From the NCBI GenBank assembly GCA_041172085.1, contig JBEDKQ010000002.1, positions 2,672 to 66,671 of the forward strand: DNA of 64,000 bases, given 5' to 3'. This DNA is from Pseudomonadota bacterium (GTDB lineage Bacteria > Pseudomonadota > Gammaproteobacteria > Burkholderiales > Burkholderiaceae_C). A model generated the notes under the pieces. The model was not told the DNA's origin, did no database searches, and saw nothing but the letters and a program-made list of their open reading frames with translations. The position numbers and the translations under genes are program-made. Positions 12,946 through 23,407 of this stretch are shown one piece after another. Positions within the stretch are counted from its first letter, which is position 1. Every line of letters begins with the position of its first letter.

Positions 12946-15900
12946 CTAAGAATGAGCGTGACTTGCCGCAGCAGGCGAGTCATTCACTTCTTGCTTGTTG
13001 GGTCCGGGCACAGACTTGCGTGCAAACAGGCTGTACATGGTGGGCACCACAAACACCGTCAACAGTGTGCCAAAGGACATGCCGCCCACAATGACCCAAC
13101 CAATTTGAATACGGCTTTCGGCACCTGCACCAGTAGCAAGGGCCAGTGGCAAAGCGCCCAACACCATGGCACCCGTGGTCATCAAAATAGGACGCAAACG
13201 CTGACCTGAGGCTTTGACAATGGCTTCGAAGGTGTCAACGCCCTGCTCGCGCAATTGGTTGGTAAATTCCACAATCAAAATGCCGTGCTTGGTAATCAGA
13301 CCCACCAAGGTGATCAATCCGATTTGGGAGTACACGTTGAGCGTCCCTCCGGTGAGCTTCAAGGTTATCAGCGCACCGAACATGGACAGTGGCACCGACA
13401 ACATGATCACAAACGGGTCAATGAAACTTTCAAATTGTGCCGCCAAGACCAAGAAGATAAAGAACAAGGCCAGCACAAACACAATGACCAATGCACCTTG
13501 TGAGCTGCGGAACTCACGAGACGTACCGTTCAATTCGGTGGTGTACCCTGTTTTCAAAATACCAGCAGCGGTAGCGTCCAGGAATTTCAGCGCATCACCC
13601 AGGGCGTAATCGGGGGCCAAGTTGGACGTAATGGACACCGAACGGCGCTGACCGAAGTGATTCAATTCGCGGGGAGAAACGCTTTCACGGATTTTGACCA
13701 ATGCAGACAATGGAATGACGGTGTCGTTGCGACCACGAACGTAAATGTTGTCAATGTCATCGGGTGCGTTGCGACCGCTGGCATGGGTTTGAACAATGAC
13801 ATCGTATTGCTCTGCATCGCGTTTGTAACGCGTGACCGCGCGGCCACCCAACATGGTTTCAACAGCACGGGCCACCACGTCAACACCAACGCCTAACTCG
13901 GCCGCTTTGACGCGATCGACATCAATTCGCAGCTCGGGCTTGTTGAGGCGCAAGTCGACGTCGGGTGAGATGAAACCAGGATTTTTGGCCATGGCATCTA
14001 GCATTTGTCGCGTGACGGCATTCAAATTTTGGTAACTGTCAGAGGTTTGGATCACGAAGTTAACCGGCCGTTCGCGAAAGCCTTGGCCCAAGGACGGTGG
14101 CGTGATGGGAAATGCATTGATGCCTGCCACACCATTGAACTTGCCCTGAAGTTCACGCGCAATTTCTAAGGTGGTGCGTTTGCGATCATCCCAATCGACA
14201 GCGCGATAAATCACACTGCCCTGAGCCACTGTTGGATTGCCCAAGTTGGCAAAAATTCGATCGAACTCTGGATAGGCGCTGCCAATTTTTTCCAGGGCTT
14301 TGGCGTATTTGTCTGTGTAATCTAAGGTAGAACCATCGGGCGCTGTGACGGTGGCCAAAATGGTGCCACGGTCTTCTAAGGGCGACAGTTCTTGCTTCAT
14401 GGTGGGATAAACCAACACAATGCCCACACCGCAAGCCGCCATGGTCAACACCACCACCCAGCGGGCTTTTTTCAAGACCCATCGAAGGAAGTTTTCATAA
14501 CCCCTTGAAAGTCCCGTGAGAATGCTCTCCATGAACCGGTCAAAGCGATTGGGATTGGGGTTGTGGCGCAACAGCAGCGAACTCATCATGGGCGATAAAG
14601 TGAGCGCCACCAAGCCAGAAACCAACACAGCGCCAGCCAAAGCCAGCGCAAATTCGCTGAACAATTTGCCGGTACGGCCAGGTGTGAACGCCAAGGGCGC
14701 GAACACCGCTGCCAAAGTAAGCGACATGGCCACAATGGCAAAACCAATTTCTTTGGCGCCCTTGATGGCCGCCGAGAATGGGTCCAAGCCCTCTTCAATG
14801 TGCCGATAGATGTTCTCTAACATCACAATGGCATCGTCCACCACCAAGCCAATGGCCAACACCAAGGCCAAAAGCGTCAGGGTGTTGATGGTAAAACCTG
14901 CCAAGGCCATGATGGCAAACGTGCCAATCAGACTCACTGGAATGGTGATGATGGGAATGATAGAGGCGCGAAAGGTTCTGAGGAAGACAAAAATGACCAG
15001 CGCCACCAAGACAACGGCTTCGACAATGGTTTTAAACACGCTCTTAATGGACTTGTCGATGAAGACCGAGTTGTCGTTGGCCACATCAATGCCCAAATCT
15101 GCCGGCAGATCTTGCTTCAGGCGAGGCATCATTTCGCGCACACCTTTTGACAGCTCCAAGGGGTTGGCTGTCGCTTGTCGAATCACGCCAGCCGAAATGG
15201 CAGATTTGCCATTCAAGCGAACGCGACTGCGATCGTCTGCGGTGCCTTCTTCCACTTTGGCCACATCGCGAATTTTGACGGGAAAGCCATTGACGTTGCG
15301 AATGGTGATGTCGCCAAATTGGCCCGCCTTGATCAGGTCAGTTTGTGACGTGACACTGAATTCACGCAACTGCGATTCAATGCGACCTGCTGGCAACTCA
15401 AGGTTGCTGCGCCGAATGGCATCTTCAACATCTTGCGAGGTTAAACGGTAAGCGGCCATGCGGCCCGCATCCAACCAAACGCGCATGGCGTATTTGCGCT
15501 CACCATAAATGCGAACGTCAGCAACACCTGTGACGGTTTGCAGTCGCGGCTTGACCACACGGTTGATCAAATCATTGATTTGCAAAGGCGACAAAGTGTC
15601 GCTGGAAAATGCCAACCAAATGACCGGAAAAGCATCAGCCTCGACCTTGGCAATGACAGGCTCTTCAATGGCTTGAGGCAAGCGACCGCGAATTCGAGAT
15701 GTTCTGTCGCGCACTTCAGCAGCGGCAGTATCGGCATCTTTTTCTAAGCGGAAGCGAACCGTGATTTGCGACTGATCGGCACGGCTAATGGACGTGATGA
15801 CGTCGACCGCATCGATACCTGCAATGGAATCCTCTAGCGGCTTGGTGACTTGGGATTCAATCACCTCAGCCGAAGCGCCCGGATACTTCACGCTGACGGT

Positions 15901-16035
15901 GACGGTGGGCTCATCGATCTTGGGATATTCACGCAAAGACAGTCGATTGAAACTGACTGCACCAATGAGCAAAATGAGGAGCGACAGCACGGTCGCGAAG
16001 ACCGGCCTGCGAATGGAGGTTTCAGCGAGCAGCAT
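12946..16035 (-). CDS. RND efflux permease (HAE1)
   Basis: 1029 aa; RRPVFA, GLVVDDAIV, RLRPILMT. Confidence 0.93.
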   Translation of the reverse strand: MLLAETSIRRPVFATVLSLLILLIGAVSFNRLSLREYPKIDEPTVTVSVKYPGASAEVIESQVTKPLEDSIAGIDAVDVITSISRADQSQITVRFRLEKDADTAAAEVRDRTSRIRGRLPQAIEEPVIAKVEADAFPVIWLAFSSDTLSPLQINDLINRVVKPRLQTVTGVADVRIYGERKYAMRVWLDAGRMAAYRLTSQDVEDAIRRSNLELPAGRIESQLREFSVTSQTDLIKAGQFGDITIRNVNGFPVKIRDVAKVEEGTADDRSRVRLNGKSAISAGVIRQATANPLELSKGVREMMPRLKQDLPADLGIDVANDNSVFIDKSIKSVFKTIVEAVVLVALVIFVFLRTFRASIIPIITIPVSLIGTFAIMALAGFTINTLTLLALVLAIGLVVDDAIVMLENIYRHIEEGLDPFSAAIKGAKEIGFAIVAMSLTLAAVFAPLAFTPGRTGKLFSEFALALAGAVLVSGLVALTLSPMMSSLLLRHNPNPNRFDRFMESILTGLSRGYENFLRWVLKKARWVVVLTMAACGVGIVLVYPTMKQELSPLEDRGTILATVTAPDGSTLDYTDKYAKALEKIGSAYPEFDRIFANLGNPTVAQGSVIYRAVDWDDRKRTTLEIARELQGKFNGVAGINAFPITPPSLGQGFRERPVNFVIQTSDSYQNLNAVTRQMLDAMAKNPGFISPDVDLRLNKPELRIDVDRVKAAELGVGVDVVARAVETMLGGRAVTRYKRDAEQYDVIVQTHASGRNAPDDIDNIYVRGRNDTVIPLSALVKIRESVSPRELNHFGQRRSVSITSNLAPDYALGDALKFLDATAAGILKTGYTTELNGTSREFRSSQGALVIVFVLALFFIFLVLAAQFESFIDPFVIMLSVPLSMFGALITLKLTGGTLNVYSQIGLITLVGLITKHGILIVEFTNQLREQGVDTFEAIVKASGQRLRPILMTTGAMVLGALPLALATGAGAESRIQIGWVIVGGMSFGTLLTVFVVPTMYSLFARKSVPGPNKQEVNDSPAAASHAHS

Positions 16036-17428
16036 TCAGACCTCTTGCGCAGGGGTTCTCGCCCGTAACGGGGGGCATCTTGGGCTTGCCTTTACCTTTG
16101 TCTGCGCCTTTTTCTGCACCTTTGTCTGCACCCTTGGCTTGAGTCGACTCTGCAGGCTTGCCCGCATTGGGGCCACCTGGTGCATTTCCAGGCGCAGCGC
16201 CTGCAGCATTTGCGGGTCCACCGGCTGGCGCATTGGCTGCTGCTTGACCCTTGGAAGGGTCAATGATGCGAACCAAGGTGCCGTCTTTTTGCAAGCGCTG
16301 TTGACCAGCGATCACCACTGAATCACCCAAGCTCAAGCCTTCCAGAATTTCAACTTTGCCTGGTTGGCGCAAACCGATCTTGACATTCACGCGCTCTGAA
16401 ACGAGCTCGTCTTTGTTGGGGCCTGGCACCACTTTAACTACAAAAGTACGGCCACCTTGGGGCACGATGGCTTCTTCAGGAATGACCATTGCGTCGGCGC
16501 GCTCGCCAAACACAGCATTGACGCGGGCAAACATGCCTGGACGCAATTGCATTTGACGATTGTCAATGCAACCCCTGATACCAACTGATCGTCCATTGGC
16601 ATCAATCAGAGGGTCAATGGCTTGGATGATGGCGGTGAACTTACGGCCGGGCAGCGCGTCAAACGTCACTTCGGCCTTCTGCCCTGGTTTCACTTTGGTT
16701 TGGAATCGCTCTGCCAAACGGAAATCAAGCAACACGGCTTCAATGTCTTCAATGTTGACCATGTCGGCACCGTCTTTAAGATAGTCGCCAACGTTGATTT
16801 GACGCAGACCTGCTACGCCATCAAAAGGCGCAAACACTTTCAAACGTTGCAAAGTGGCTTGCGCCAATGCCAATTTGGCCTGTGCCACCTGCAATGCAGC
16901 ATCACTTTCATCCAAAGAGCGTTTGCTGATGAAATTTTGAGCCACCAGTTCTTGATTGCGTTTGTGGTTGGCCTGGGCAATTGACAACTCGGCAGTCGCC
17001 TGCATCACTTGCGCTACAGGCAGTTGGTCATCAAATTGAACCAAAAGCTGGCCTTTTTTAACCCGCTGGCCGTCTTTGAACAAAACCTGGCTGACACGTC
17101 CGCCCACTTCTGGTCGAAGCACCACGCCTTGGTTGGATTTCAAGCTGCCCACAGACTGGGTTTCATCCACCAACATGGCTTTTTCGACCTGGGTCACCTC
17201 AACAGCGGTGGGTTTTGCTGGTCCACCTGCCCCACCTGCTGCGGCACCACCGGCGGCTGGACCACTGGCTGGGGCCCCCGCTGCGTTTGTTGCAGGCCCA
17301 GAGTTGTTAGCGGCTGTTGCAACCATCTCCGCGGTTTGAGCAGGTTTATTTTGGAGCCACCATGCTGCGCCAGAGGCCGCAGCGACACCAACCAAAGCGA
17401 TCGCGAGATAAGGTTTTTTGAAAGACAT
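16022..17428 (-). CDS. RND periplasmic adaptor (membrane fusion protein)
   Basis: N-terminal anchor, APFDG, PGMFAR, IPEEAI; low-complexity termini. Confidence 0.9.
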   Translation of the reverse strand: MSFKKPYLAIALVGVAAASGAAWWLQNKPAQTAEMVATAANNSGPATNAAGAPASGPAAGGAAAGGAGGPAKPTAVEVTQVEKAMLVDETQSVGSLKSNQGVVLRPEVGGRVSQVLFKDGQRVKKGQLLVQFDDQLPVAQVMQATAELSIAQANHKRNQELVAQNFISKRSLDESDAALQVAQAKLALAQATLQRLKVFAPFDGVAGLRQINVGDYLKDGADMVNIEDIEAVLLDFRLAERFQTKVKPGQKAEVTFDALPGRKFTAIIQAIDPLIDANGRSVGIRGCIDNRQMQLRPGMFARVNAVFGERADAMVIPEEAIVPQGGRTFVVKVVPGPNKDELVSERVNVKIGLRQPGKVEILEGLSLGDSVVIAGQQRLQKDGTLVRIIDPSKGQAAANAPAGGPANAAGAAPGNAPGGPNAGKPAESTQAKGADKGAEKGADKGKGKPKMPPVTGENPCARGLNAAR

Positions 17429-17581
17429 CAATGTTTCCGAGCTGGACCAAAACAGTTCTGAAATGTAACAGTACTTGGGGTTGTCCCGCATCGGCAAAAA
17501 CCTCAGGTGTTTTGGCCAAAAACTCACGCCTGACAAGGCATTTACAAGAAAAAGCCAGTTCGACCTTGAAAATCTAGGCCA

Positions 17582-18028
17582 TTAGCGCCCCAAGGCCTTC
17601 TCAACGCCCTGATTGGCCAAGGCGTCAGCCCGCTCGTTGCCGGGGTCGCCAGCGTGCCCCTTCACCCAACGCCATTCAATTTGGTGTCCCGAACTGGCAA
17701 GCAAGGTATCGAGCTTTTGCCACAAATCGGCATTTTTAACGGGCTGCTTGGCGGCAGTTCGCCAGCCCTTGGCTTTCCAGCCATGTATCCATTCTGTGAT
17801 GCCCTTGCGAACATATTCACTGTCCAAATAAAGGGTGACTTTGCACGGCCTTTTGAGCGCCAAGAAGGCCTCAATGACAGCGGTCAGCTCCATCCGGTTG
17901 TTGGTGGTGTCAAGTTCGCCACCAAATATTTCTCGAACATTCTCGCCCGATCGCATCAAGGCCCCCCAACCGCCGGGCCCAGGGTTGCCCTTGCAGGCGC
18001 CATCGGTATGTATTTCAACGTGATTCAC
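17582..18028 (-). CDS. rnhA: Ribonuclease HI
   Basis: [37 protein letters not shown]; GTG start. Confidence 0.95.
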   Translation of the reverse strand: MNHVEIHTDGACKGNPGPGGWGALMRSGENVREIFGGELDTTNNRMELTAVIEAFLALKRPCKVTLYLDSEYVRKGITEWIHGWKAKGWRTAAKQPVKNADLWQKLDTLLASSGHQIEWRWVKGHAGDPGNERADALANQGVEKALGR

Positions 18029-18845
18029 AATCGTTCTTTCTTTGAAGGCTGCTGTCGCCATTGGGCTTTAAATGCCTTTGCGCAATGCTAACGGCAGCCT
18101 TGGTTTGGGTACGCTGCGTTTTCCAACGCGCGCCCAAAATGCGTCCCCCATGGACTTTCTTAACGGCCACAATGATGTAAGCACCACCCAAGATGGGCCA
18201 CCACTGCGCACCCAACCGGTCCATCCACGACCATCGTTGAAACCACTTGGCTTTTTCCAAGGCAGGACGCCAACATCCGAACTGGCTGAGCCGAACTTCA
18301 AAACCCAGCAAGCTAAGCCAGTCACGAAGTCGCCAATAACCAATCATTTCTTCGCAAGGGGGTGCGCTCAGTCCCTCATAACCCCATTTTTGATACCACC
18401 GAGCGCGTTTGTGTCGCCAACCCCACAAACTGGTAGGGTTCAAGCCTGTGATCACCAAATGCCCTTCAGGTACCAAGACACGCTGAGCCTCACGCAAACT
18501 GATGTGCGCATCCAAACTCAGCTCCAAGGTGTGTGGCATGACCAACAAATCCAAACTGTCTGCTTGGAATGGCAACGCAACACTGTGTGCTGCAAAATTC
18601 ATGGGCGTTTGCGCTGGGGCAATATCCAGCTCAGAAGATGCAAGCCATTGATGGGGCATGCGGTTGGTCCGCAGCCCCTCAAGCTCAGGCATGCCCAATT
18701 GAACTGCATGGTAGCCAAAAATATCGGCCACCAGGTCGTCCAACTGAGCTTGCTCCCATTGAAGTAAATAACTTCCAGCGGGCGAACTTAGCCATTCACG
18801 CCAAACAGGTGTCACAGAGCCGCTTTCTATAATAGGATGATCCAA
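18015..18845 (-). CDS. SAM-dependent methyltransferase (YafS-like)
   Basis: LPF..DSLDLL..PHTLE, RVLVPEG.L.ITG.NP.SLWG; conserved rnhA-yafS/gloB-mltD synteny. Confidence 0.85.
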   Translation of the reverse strand: MDHPIIESGSVTPVWREWLSSPAGSYLLQWEQAQLDDLVADIFGYHAVQLGMPELEGLRTNRMPHQWLASSELDIAPAQTPMNFAAHSVALPFQADSLDLLVMPHTLELSLDAHISLREAQRVLVPEGHLVITGLNPTSLWGWRHKRARWYQKWGYEGLSAPPCEEMIGYWRLRDWLSLLGFEVRLSQFGCWRPALEKAKWFQRWSWMDRLGAQWWPILGGAYIIVAVKKVHGGRILGARWKTQRTQTKAAVSIAQRHLKPNGDSSLQRKNDCESR

Positions 18846-18857
18846 ATAAGATGATCC

Positions 18858-19631
18858 ATGAACCTAATTCCATTGCCTGCATTCTCAGATAACTACATTT
18901 GGTTGCTGCAGCACCAAGGCCATGCTTTGGTGGTCGATCCCGGCGATGCCGAGCCCGTCAAACTTTGGTTGGCTGAAAATCAGCACCAACTCGATGGCAT
19001 TTTAGTCACCCACCACCATGCTGACCACACAGGTGGGGTTGCCGCGCTTCAAAAGATGACGGGTGCACAAGTGTATGGGCCAGCCAGTGAGGCATTACCT
19101 TTCGATTTCAAGGCTATGCAGCAAGGGCGTGTGTTCAGTTGGCTTGGCATCGACTTTCAAACCTTGGATGTGCCCGGTCACACCGCGGGTCACATTGCTT
19201 ACTGGGCACAAGTAGATGCACAAGATCCCATCTTGTTTTGTGGTGATACCTTGTTTTCGGGTGGATGCGGCAGAATTTTTGAAGGCACGCCCACTCAAAT
19301 GCTCAAGGCCATGGACACCTTGGCTGCCCTGCCTGGCAACACCCGCGTCTGCTGCGCACATGAATACACCTTGAGTAATTTAAAGTTTGCCCTTGCTGTT
19401 GAACCAGACAACATCGCCCTCAAAAGCCATGTGCAACATTGTGCGCAACTGCGGTCTCAAAATTTACCCACATTGCCTGCACAATTGGCCAACGAACTGA
19501 ACATCAATCCCTTTTTGCGCAGCCGTCATCCTGCCGTCATCCAAGCTGTGAAGGCCTTCGCTCCCCAAACTTCCAACCAAGAAGTTGACATTTTTGCCAA
19601 CTTGCGCGCTTGGAAAAACGATTTCAAATGA
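18858..19631 (+). CDS. gloB: Hydroxyacylglutathione hydrolase
   Basis: DNYIW, THHHADH, PGHT, FCGDTLFSGGCGR, AHEYT. Confidence 0.93.
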   Translation: MNLIPLPAFSDNYIWLLQHQGHALVVDPGDAEPVKLWLAENQHQLDGILVTHHHADHTGGVAALQKMTGAQVYGPASEALPFDFKAMQQGRVFSWLGIDFQTLDVPGHTAGHIAYWAQVDAQDPILFCGDTLFSGGCGRIFEGTPTQMLKAMDTLAALPGNTRVCCAHEYTLSNLKFALAVEPDNIALKSHVQHCAQLRSQNLPTLPAQLANELNINPFLRSRHPAVIQAVKAFAPQTSNQEVDIFANLRAWKNDFK

Positions 19632-21274
19632 ACACACTTTTCTCACGCACCCTCATTCAATGGACCAGCCTCACGGTGCTGTCCTTGGCAATCACGGGTT
19701 GTGCCAACCTTGAAAAAAGCACACCCATCAGCAGTGTGTCACCAGCGCCTGAAACGCCCAATGCGACGGCTTCAGCAGCACCAGTCGCAGCAGCTGCTCC
19801 CTCAATGGGTATGGCGCAAGCGCCAGCAACAGAGAGCAAGGCAAAAGCGCCAAAGCTACCCGTCAAATTAGAGCCCAATACTGAACCCCCAGCCGATATT
19901 TGGGTGCGCATTCGTCAAGGTTTTGCCATGCCAGACCTTGAAACCGATTTGGTCAAAGATCGCGAAGAGTGGTATGCCGCCAGACCCGACTACATGTTGC
20001 GCATGACTGAGCGATCGCGCATGTACTTGTTTCACATTGTTGAAGAACTCGAGCGGCGTAACATGCCCACAGAATTGGCCTTGCTGCCATTCATTGAGTC
20101 TGCCTTCAATCCAGAGGCCGTCTCTACTGCCAAGGCTGCGGGCATGTGGCAGTTCATGCCAGCCACGGGCAAATACTTCGACCTCAAACAGAATATTTTT
20201 CGGGATGAACGCAGAGGCGTGATTGAGTCCACGCGTGCTGCCCTTGACTATTTGCAAAAGCTGTACGGCATGTTTGGTGACTGGCATTTGGCGCTTGCAG
20301 CTTACAACTGGGGGGAAGGCAGTGTCAGTCGCGCATTGGCCAAAAACAAGGCCGCTGGCCTGGGTTTAAGCTACACCGAACTGAGCATGCCCAACGAGAC
20401 ACGTTATTACGTTCCCAAGCTTCAGGCTGTTAAAAATATCATCGCGCAACCGGAAAATTTCAATGCCCGATTGCCTCTGATTCAGAATCACCCCTACTTC
20501 AAAACCGTCAACCTCACGCGTGACATTGATGTTAAATTGGCCGCCAATTTTGCGGGCATCAGTTTGAGTGATTTCAAAGCCCTCAACCCCTCCATGAGCC
20601 GACCCGTCATTTTGGCGGCAGGCACGCCTGAAATTTTGTTGCCTTGGGACAATGCCGACAAGTTTTTACGTCGGCTTGAAGAGCACGCCAACAAGCCTTT
20701 GGCAAGTTGGACGGCTTGGACAGTGCCCAAAACCATGAAGGTTTCTGAAGTCAGCAAGTTGGTCAACATGACTGAGGCTGAGCTCCGAAGTGTGAACCCC
20801 ATTCCCATTGGCATGCAGCTTAAGCAAGGTTCAACTTTGTTGGTCGCGCGTCAAGGCGCTTTGGACAGCGACGTCACCGAGCATTTGGCGGACAATGCGC
20901 AACTTTCATTTGCGCCTGAAGTCGTTTTGCGACGCATGATGGTCAAAGTGTTAAAGGGCGACACCTTGCTCACCTTGGCCAGCAGGCATGATGTGTCGCC
21001 TGCCAGCATTGCAGCGTGGAACAAATTGAAAATGCCCGTGGCGCTGAAACCCGGTCAATCCATTGCCATTTTGGTCCCCACCACGGCCAGTTCCAAGGGC
21101 AGCAAAGTGACTGCAAAAAAGAGCAGCATAAACACCGGCGCAAAGCAAGCGCCACGTTCAAATGCTGCCCAAAAGCCAACCCATGCTGCAAGCTCCAAAA
21201 ACAAAGTTGCCGCAAACACGCAGGCGCAGGCCGGTTCCAAGGTATCCGCCAAAAACAACAGCGCAACGCGCTGA
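19628..21274 (+). CDS. mltD: Lytic transglycosylase with LysM domain, lipoprotein
   Basis: Lipobox ITGC; LPFIESAF, AAGMWQFMP.TG, AAYNWG, ETRYYVPKL; LysM domain. Confidence 0.88.
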   Translation: MNTLFSRTLIQWTSLTVLSLAITGCANLEKSTPISSVSPAPETPNATASAAPVAAAAPSMGMAQAPATESKAKAPKLPVKLEPNTEPPADIWVRIRQGFAMPDLETDLVKDREEWYAARPDYMLRMTERSRMYLFHIVEELERRNMPTELALLPFIESAFNPEAVSTAKAAGMWQFMPATGKYFDLKQNIFRDERRGVIESTRAALDYLQKLYGMFGDWHLALAAYNWGEGSVSRALAKNKAAGLGLSYTELSMPNETRYYVPKLQAVKNIIAQPENFNARLPLIQNHPYFKTVNLTRDIDVKLAANFAGISLSDFKALNPSMSRPVILAAGTPEILLPWDNADKFLRRLEEHANKPLASWTAWTVPKTMKVSEVSKLVNMTEAELRSVNPIPIGMQLKQGSTLLVARQGALDSDVTEHLADNAQLSFAPEVVLRRMMVKVLKGDTLLTLASRHDVSPASIAAWNKLKMPVALKPGQSIAILVPTTASSKGSKVTAKKSSINTGAKQAPRSNAAQKPTHAASSKNKVAANTQAQAGSKVSAKNNSATR

Positions 21275-21275
21275 A

Positions 21276-22391
21276 TTAGACATGCAATTTGCGCTTGGCC
21301 AACAGCGCAAATTGATTCGTAAAGCTTCGGTCCAATGCATTCACGCTGCCTTGTTCAGAACCCATGCGAAGCGCCCTAGCGCGCCAGGCGGTTTGAAGGG
21401 CTTCGGCCCCAAAAATACCGTCCAAGCTGTAGCTTTCTCTGACCTTCTCAAGCGCCCCCAAATACATGGCCCGGTCGCCCATCCAATGTTGCGATGAAAC
21501 TGATTTCAAGATGTCTGTGGGCCCTGCTGTTTTGAGCCAACTTAAAGCGCGAACTACACCCATGGTCAGTGCTTGGGCAACCTCTGACCTTCGTTGTAGA
21601 AAATCAATTTTGCAATAAAGACAAGCTGAGGCCACAGTGCCGCCAAGCATGCGCTGTGAATTGGAAAGTGTGCGCACGTCGGCCACAATACGCACCTCAT
21701 TTTTTTGTTCCAAGTAATGCAAGATTGGATCGACGTGACACAAGGCATCAACGGTGCCTGCGCGCATGGCCTCCATCACTGCCGAAGTGCTAGCCCCCAG
21801 CTCGACAAATTGCACCGCATCTACGGGCAAACCCACTTGCCGCATCCAATGTTGGGCCACCCAATGCGTTGCTGAGCCCGCAGCAGACACGCCCAACTTC
21901 AATGATTTCAATTCGGCCATGTTCTTGACACCTGCCGCTTTTCGGTTGGCCAAGCCCACACTGAGTTGCGGCGTGCGTGCCATCAAAACGAAAGCGCGAT
22001 AAGCCGAGCCTGAGGTTTGCAAATCTAAGACATGCTCAAACGCGCCTGAGACAATGTCTGCTTGACCGTTGAGGGCCATCTGAACTGCTTGATGGCCTGA
22101 CTCGCAATCAACCCAATCGACTTGAAGCCCTTCGTTGCGCAGATAGCCCAATTGTTCGGCCAACACCAGTGGCAAGTGATAGAGGCTGTTGCGAGCAGCC
22201 AGCGCAATACTGACGCGCTGAGGAGACAAGGCGGCGAGTGTAGCAACAGGCCCACTTAGCAAAGAGGCCGCAGCCATTGCCGTAAAGTTGCGTCGACCTC
22301 GCCTTTCAAGCACCTCAATACCCCTTGATGAGTTCCTATGAATCTTAGAATCAGCATACAAAGGTTCATTTGTTTGCGCATTGGGAGACAT
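21276..22391 (-). CDS. NitT/TauT-type ABC substrate-binding protein (no permease nearby)
   Basis: RRNF Tat-like motif, LYHLPLVLAEQLGY..EGL.V, SGAFEH, LGVSAAGSATH; start uncertain. Confidence 0.75.
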   Translation of the reverse strand: MSPNAQTNEPLYADSKIHRNSSRGIEVLERRGRRNFTAMAAASLLSGPVATLAALSPQRVSIALAARNSLYHLPLVLAEQLGYLRNEGLQVDWVDCESGHQAVQMALNGQADIVSGAFEHVLDLQTSGSAYRAFVLMARTPQLSVGLANRKAAGVKNMAELKSLKLGVSAAGSATHWVAQHWMRQVGLPVDAVQFVELGASTSAVMEAMRAGTVDALCHVDPILHYLEQKNEVRIVADVRTLSNSQRMLGGTVASACLYCKIDFLQRRSEVAQALTMGVVRALSWLKTAGPTDILKSVSSQHWMGDRAMYLGALEKVRESYSLDGIFGAEALQTAWRARALRMGSEQGSVNALDRSFTNQFALLAKRKLHV

Positions 22392-22435
22392 CCCAAGCGG
22401 GTAATTACGTAATGAAGAACACTGAGTTAGGTGAA

Positions 22436-23032
22436 CTAGCGGCGATCGACCAGCGCATGGGCGATGGTGCCTAGATCGACATACTCGAGTTCACTGCCAG
22501 CGGGGACACCACGCGCCAAGCGGGTCACACGCAAACCACGTTTTTTAAGCATCTCTGCAATCACATGCGCGGTGGCTTCACCTTCACCGGTGAAATTGGT
22601 GGCCAATATAACCTCTTGCACAATGCCATCGCTGCAACGCTCTGACAGTTTGGCAAAGCCTAGGTCATGAGGGCCAACGCCATCCAAGGGGCTAAGCTTG
22701 CCCATGAGGACGAAATACAGGCCTCTAAAACTGGAGGTTCTTTCAATAGCGGCTTGGTCGGCCGGCGTTTCCACCACACACAACTGCGAGCGATCGCGCT
22801 CTGGGTCGGCACACATGCTGCAAACTTCGGTTTCAGTCAAGGTGTGGCAATTTGCACAGTGACGGACATGGTCGCACGCATGTTCAAGTGCCTTGGCCAA
22901 TTGAAGTGCCGCACCCCGCTCATGTTGCATCAAATGAAATGCCATGCGAGATGCAGACTTTGCCCCTACCCCTGGCAACACGCGCAGCGCTTGAATGAGC
23001 GCATCAAGTGCGTGTGGCGTGGGTTTTTGCAT
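22436..23032 (-). CDS. recR: Recombination mediator RecR
   Basis: [11 protein letters not shown]4 zinc finger, EVILATN..EGEATA, RLARGVP. Confidence 0.95.
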   Translation of the reverse strand: MQKPTPHALDALIQALRVLPGVGAKSASRMAFHLMQHERGAALQLAKALEHACDHVRHCANCHTLTETEVCSMCADPERDRSQLCVVETPADQAAIERTSSFRGLYFVLMGKLSPLDGVGPHDLGFAKLSERCSDGIVQEVILATNFTGEGEATAHVIAEMLKKRGLRVTRLARGVPAGSELEYVDLGTIAHALVDRR

Positions 23033-23066
23033 AATGCGCGCGAATGCTCTTGAGGGTTGAAATTGA

Positions 23067-23390
23067 TTAGAAAGGCAATTTCATGCCAGGCGGCAAGCCT
23101 GCTGTGAGTTTGCCCATTTTTTGTTGCGACACTTCTTCTGCTTGTCTTACGGCGTCGTTGAACGCAGCGGCTACCAAATCTTCCAACATGTCTTTGTCAT
23201 CGGCCAGCAAACTTGGATCGATGGTGACACGTTTCACAGCGTGCTTGCAGGTCATCAAGACTTTGACCATGCCGCTTCCTGAAGAGCCTTCTACTTCGAC
23301 AAACGCCAATTCATCTTGTGCTTTCTTAAGATTGTCTTGCATGGCTTGGGCTTGCTTCATCAAACCTGCGAGTTGACCTTTGTTAAACAT
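23067..23390 (-). CDS. ybaB: YbaB/EbfC nucleoid-associated protein
   Basis: [22 protein letters not shown]; located between dnaX and recR. Confidence 0.93.
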   Translation of the reverse strand: MFNKGQLAGLMKQAQAMQDNLKKAQDELAFVEVEGSSGSGMVKVLMTCKHAVKRVTIDPSLLADDKDMLEDLVAAAFNDAVRQAEEVSQQKMGKLTAGLPPGMKLPF

Positions 23391-23407
23391 ATTTTTCCTT
23401 CGATAGA

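Noticed and set aside
16095-16140. KGADKGAEKGADK repeat in the RND adaptor tail
   Set aside because: Short low-complexity linker with no independent significance
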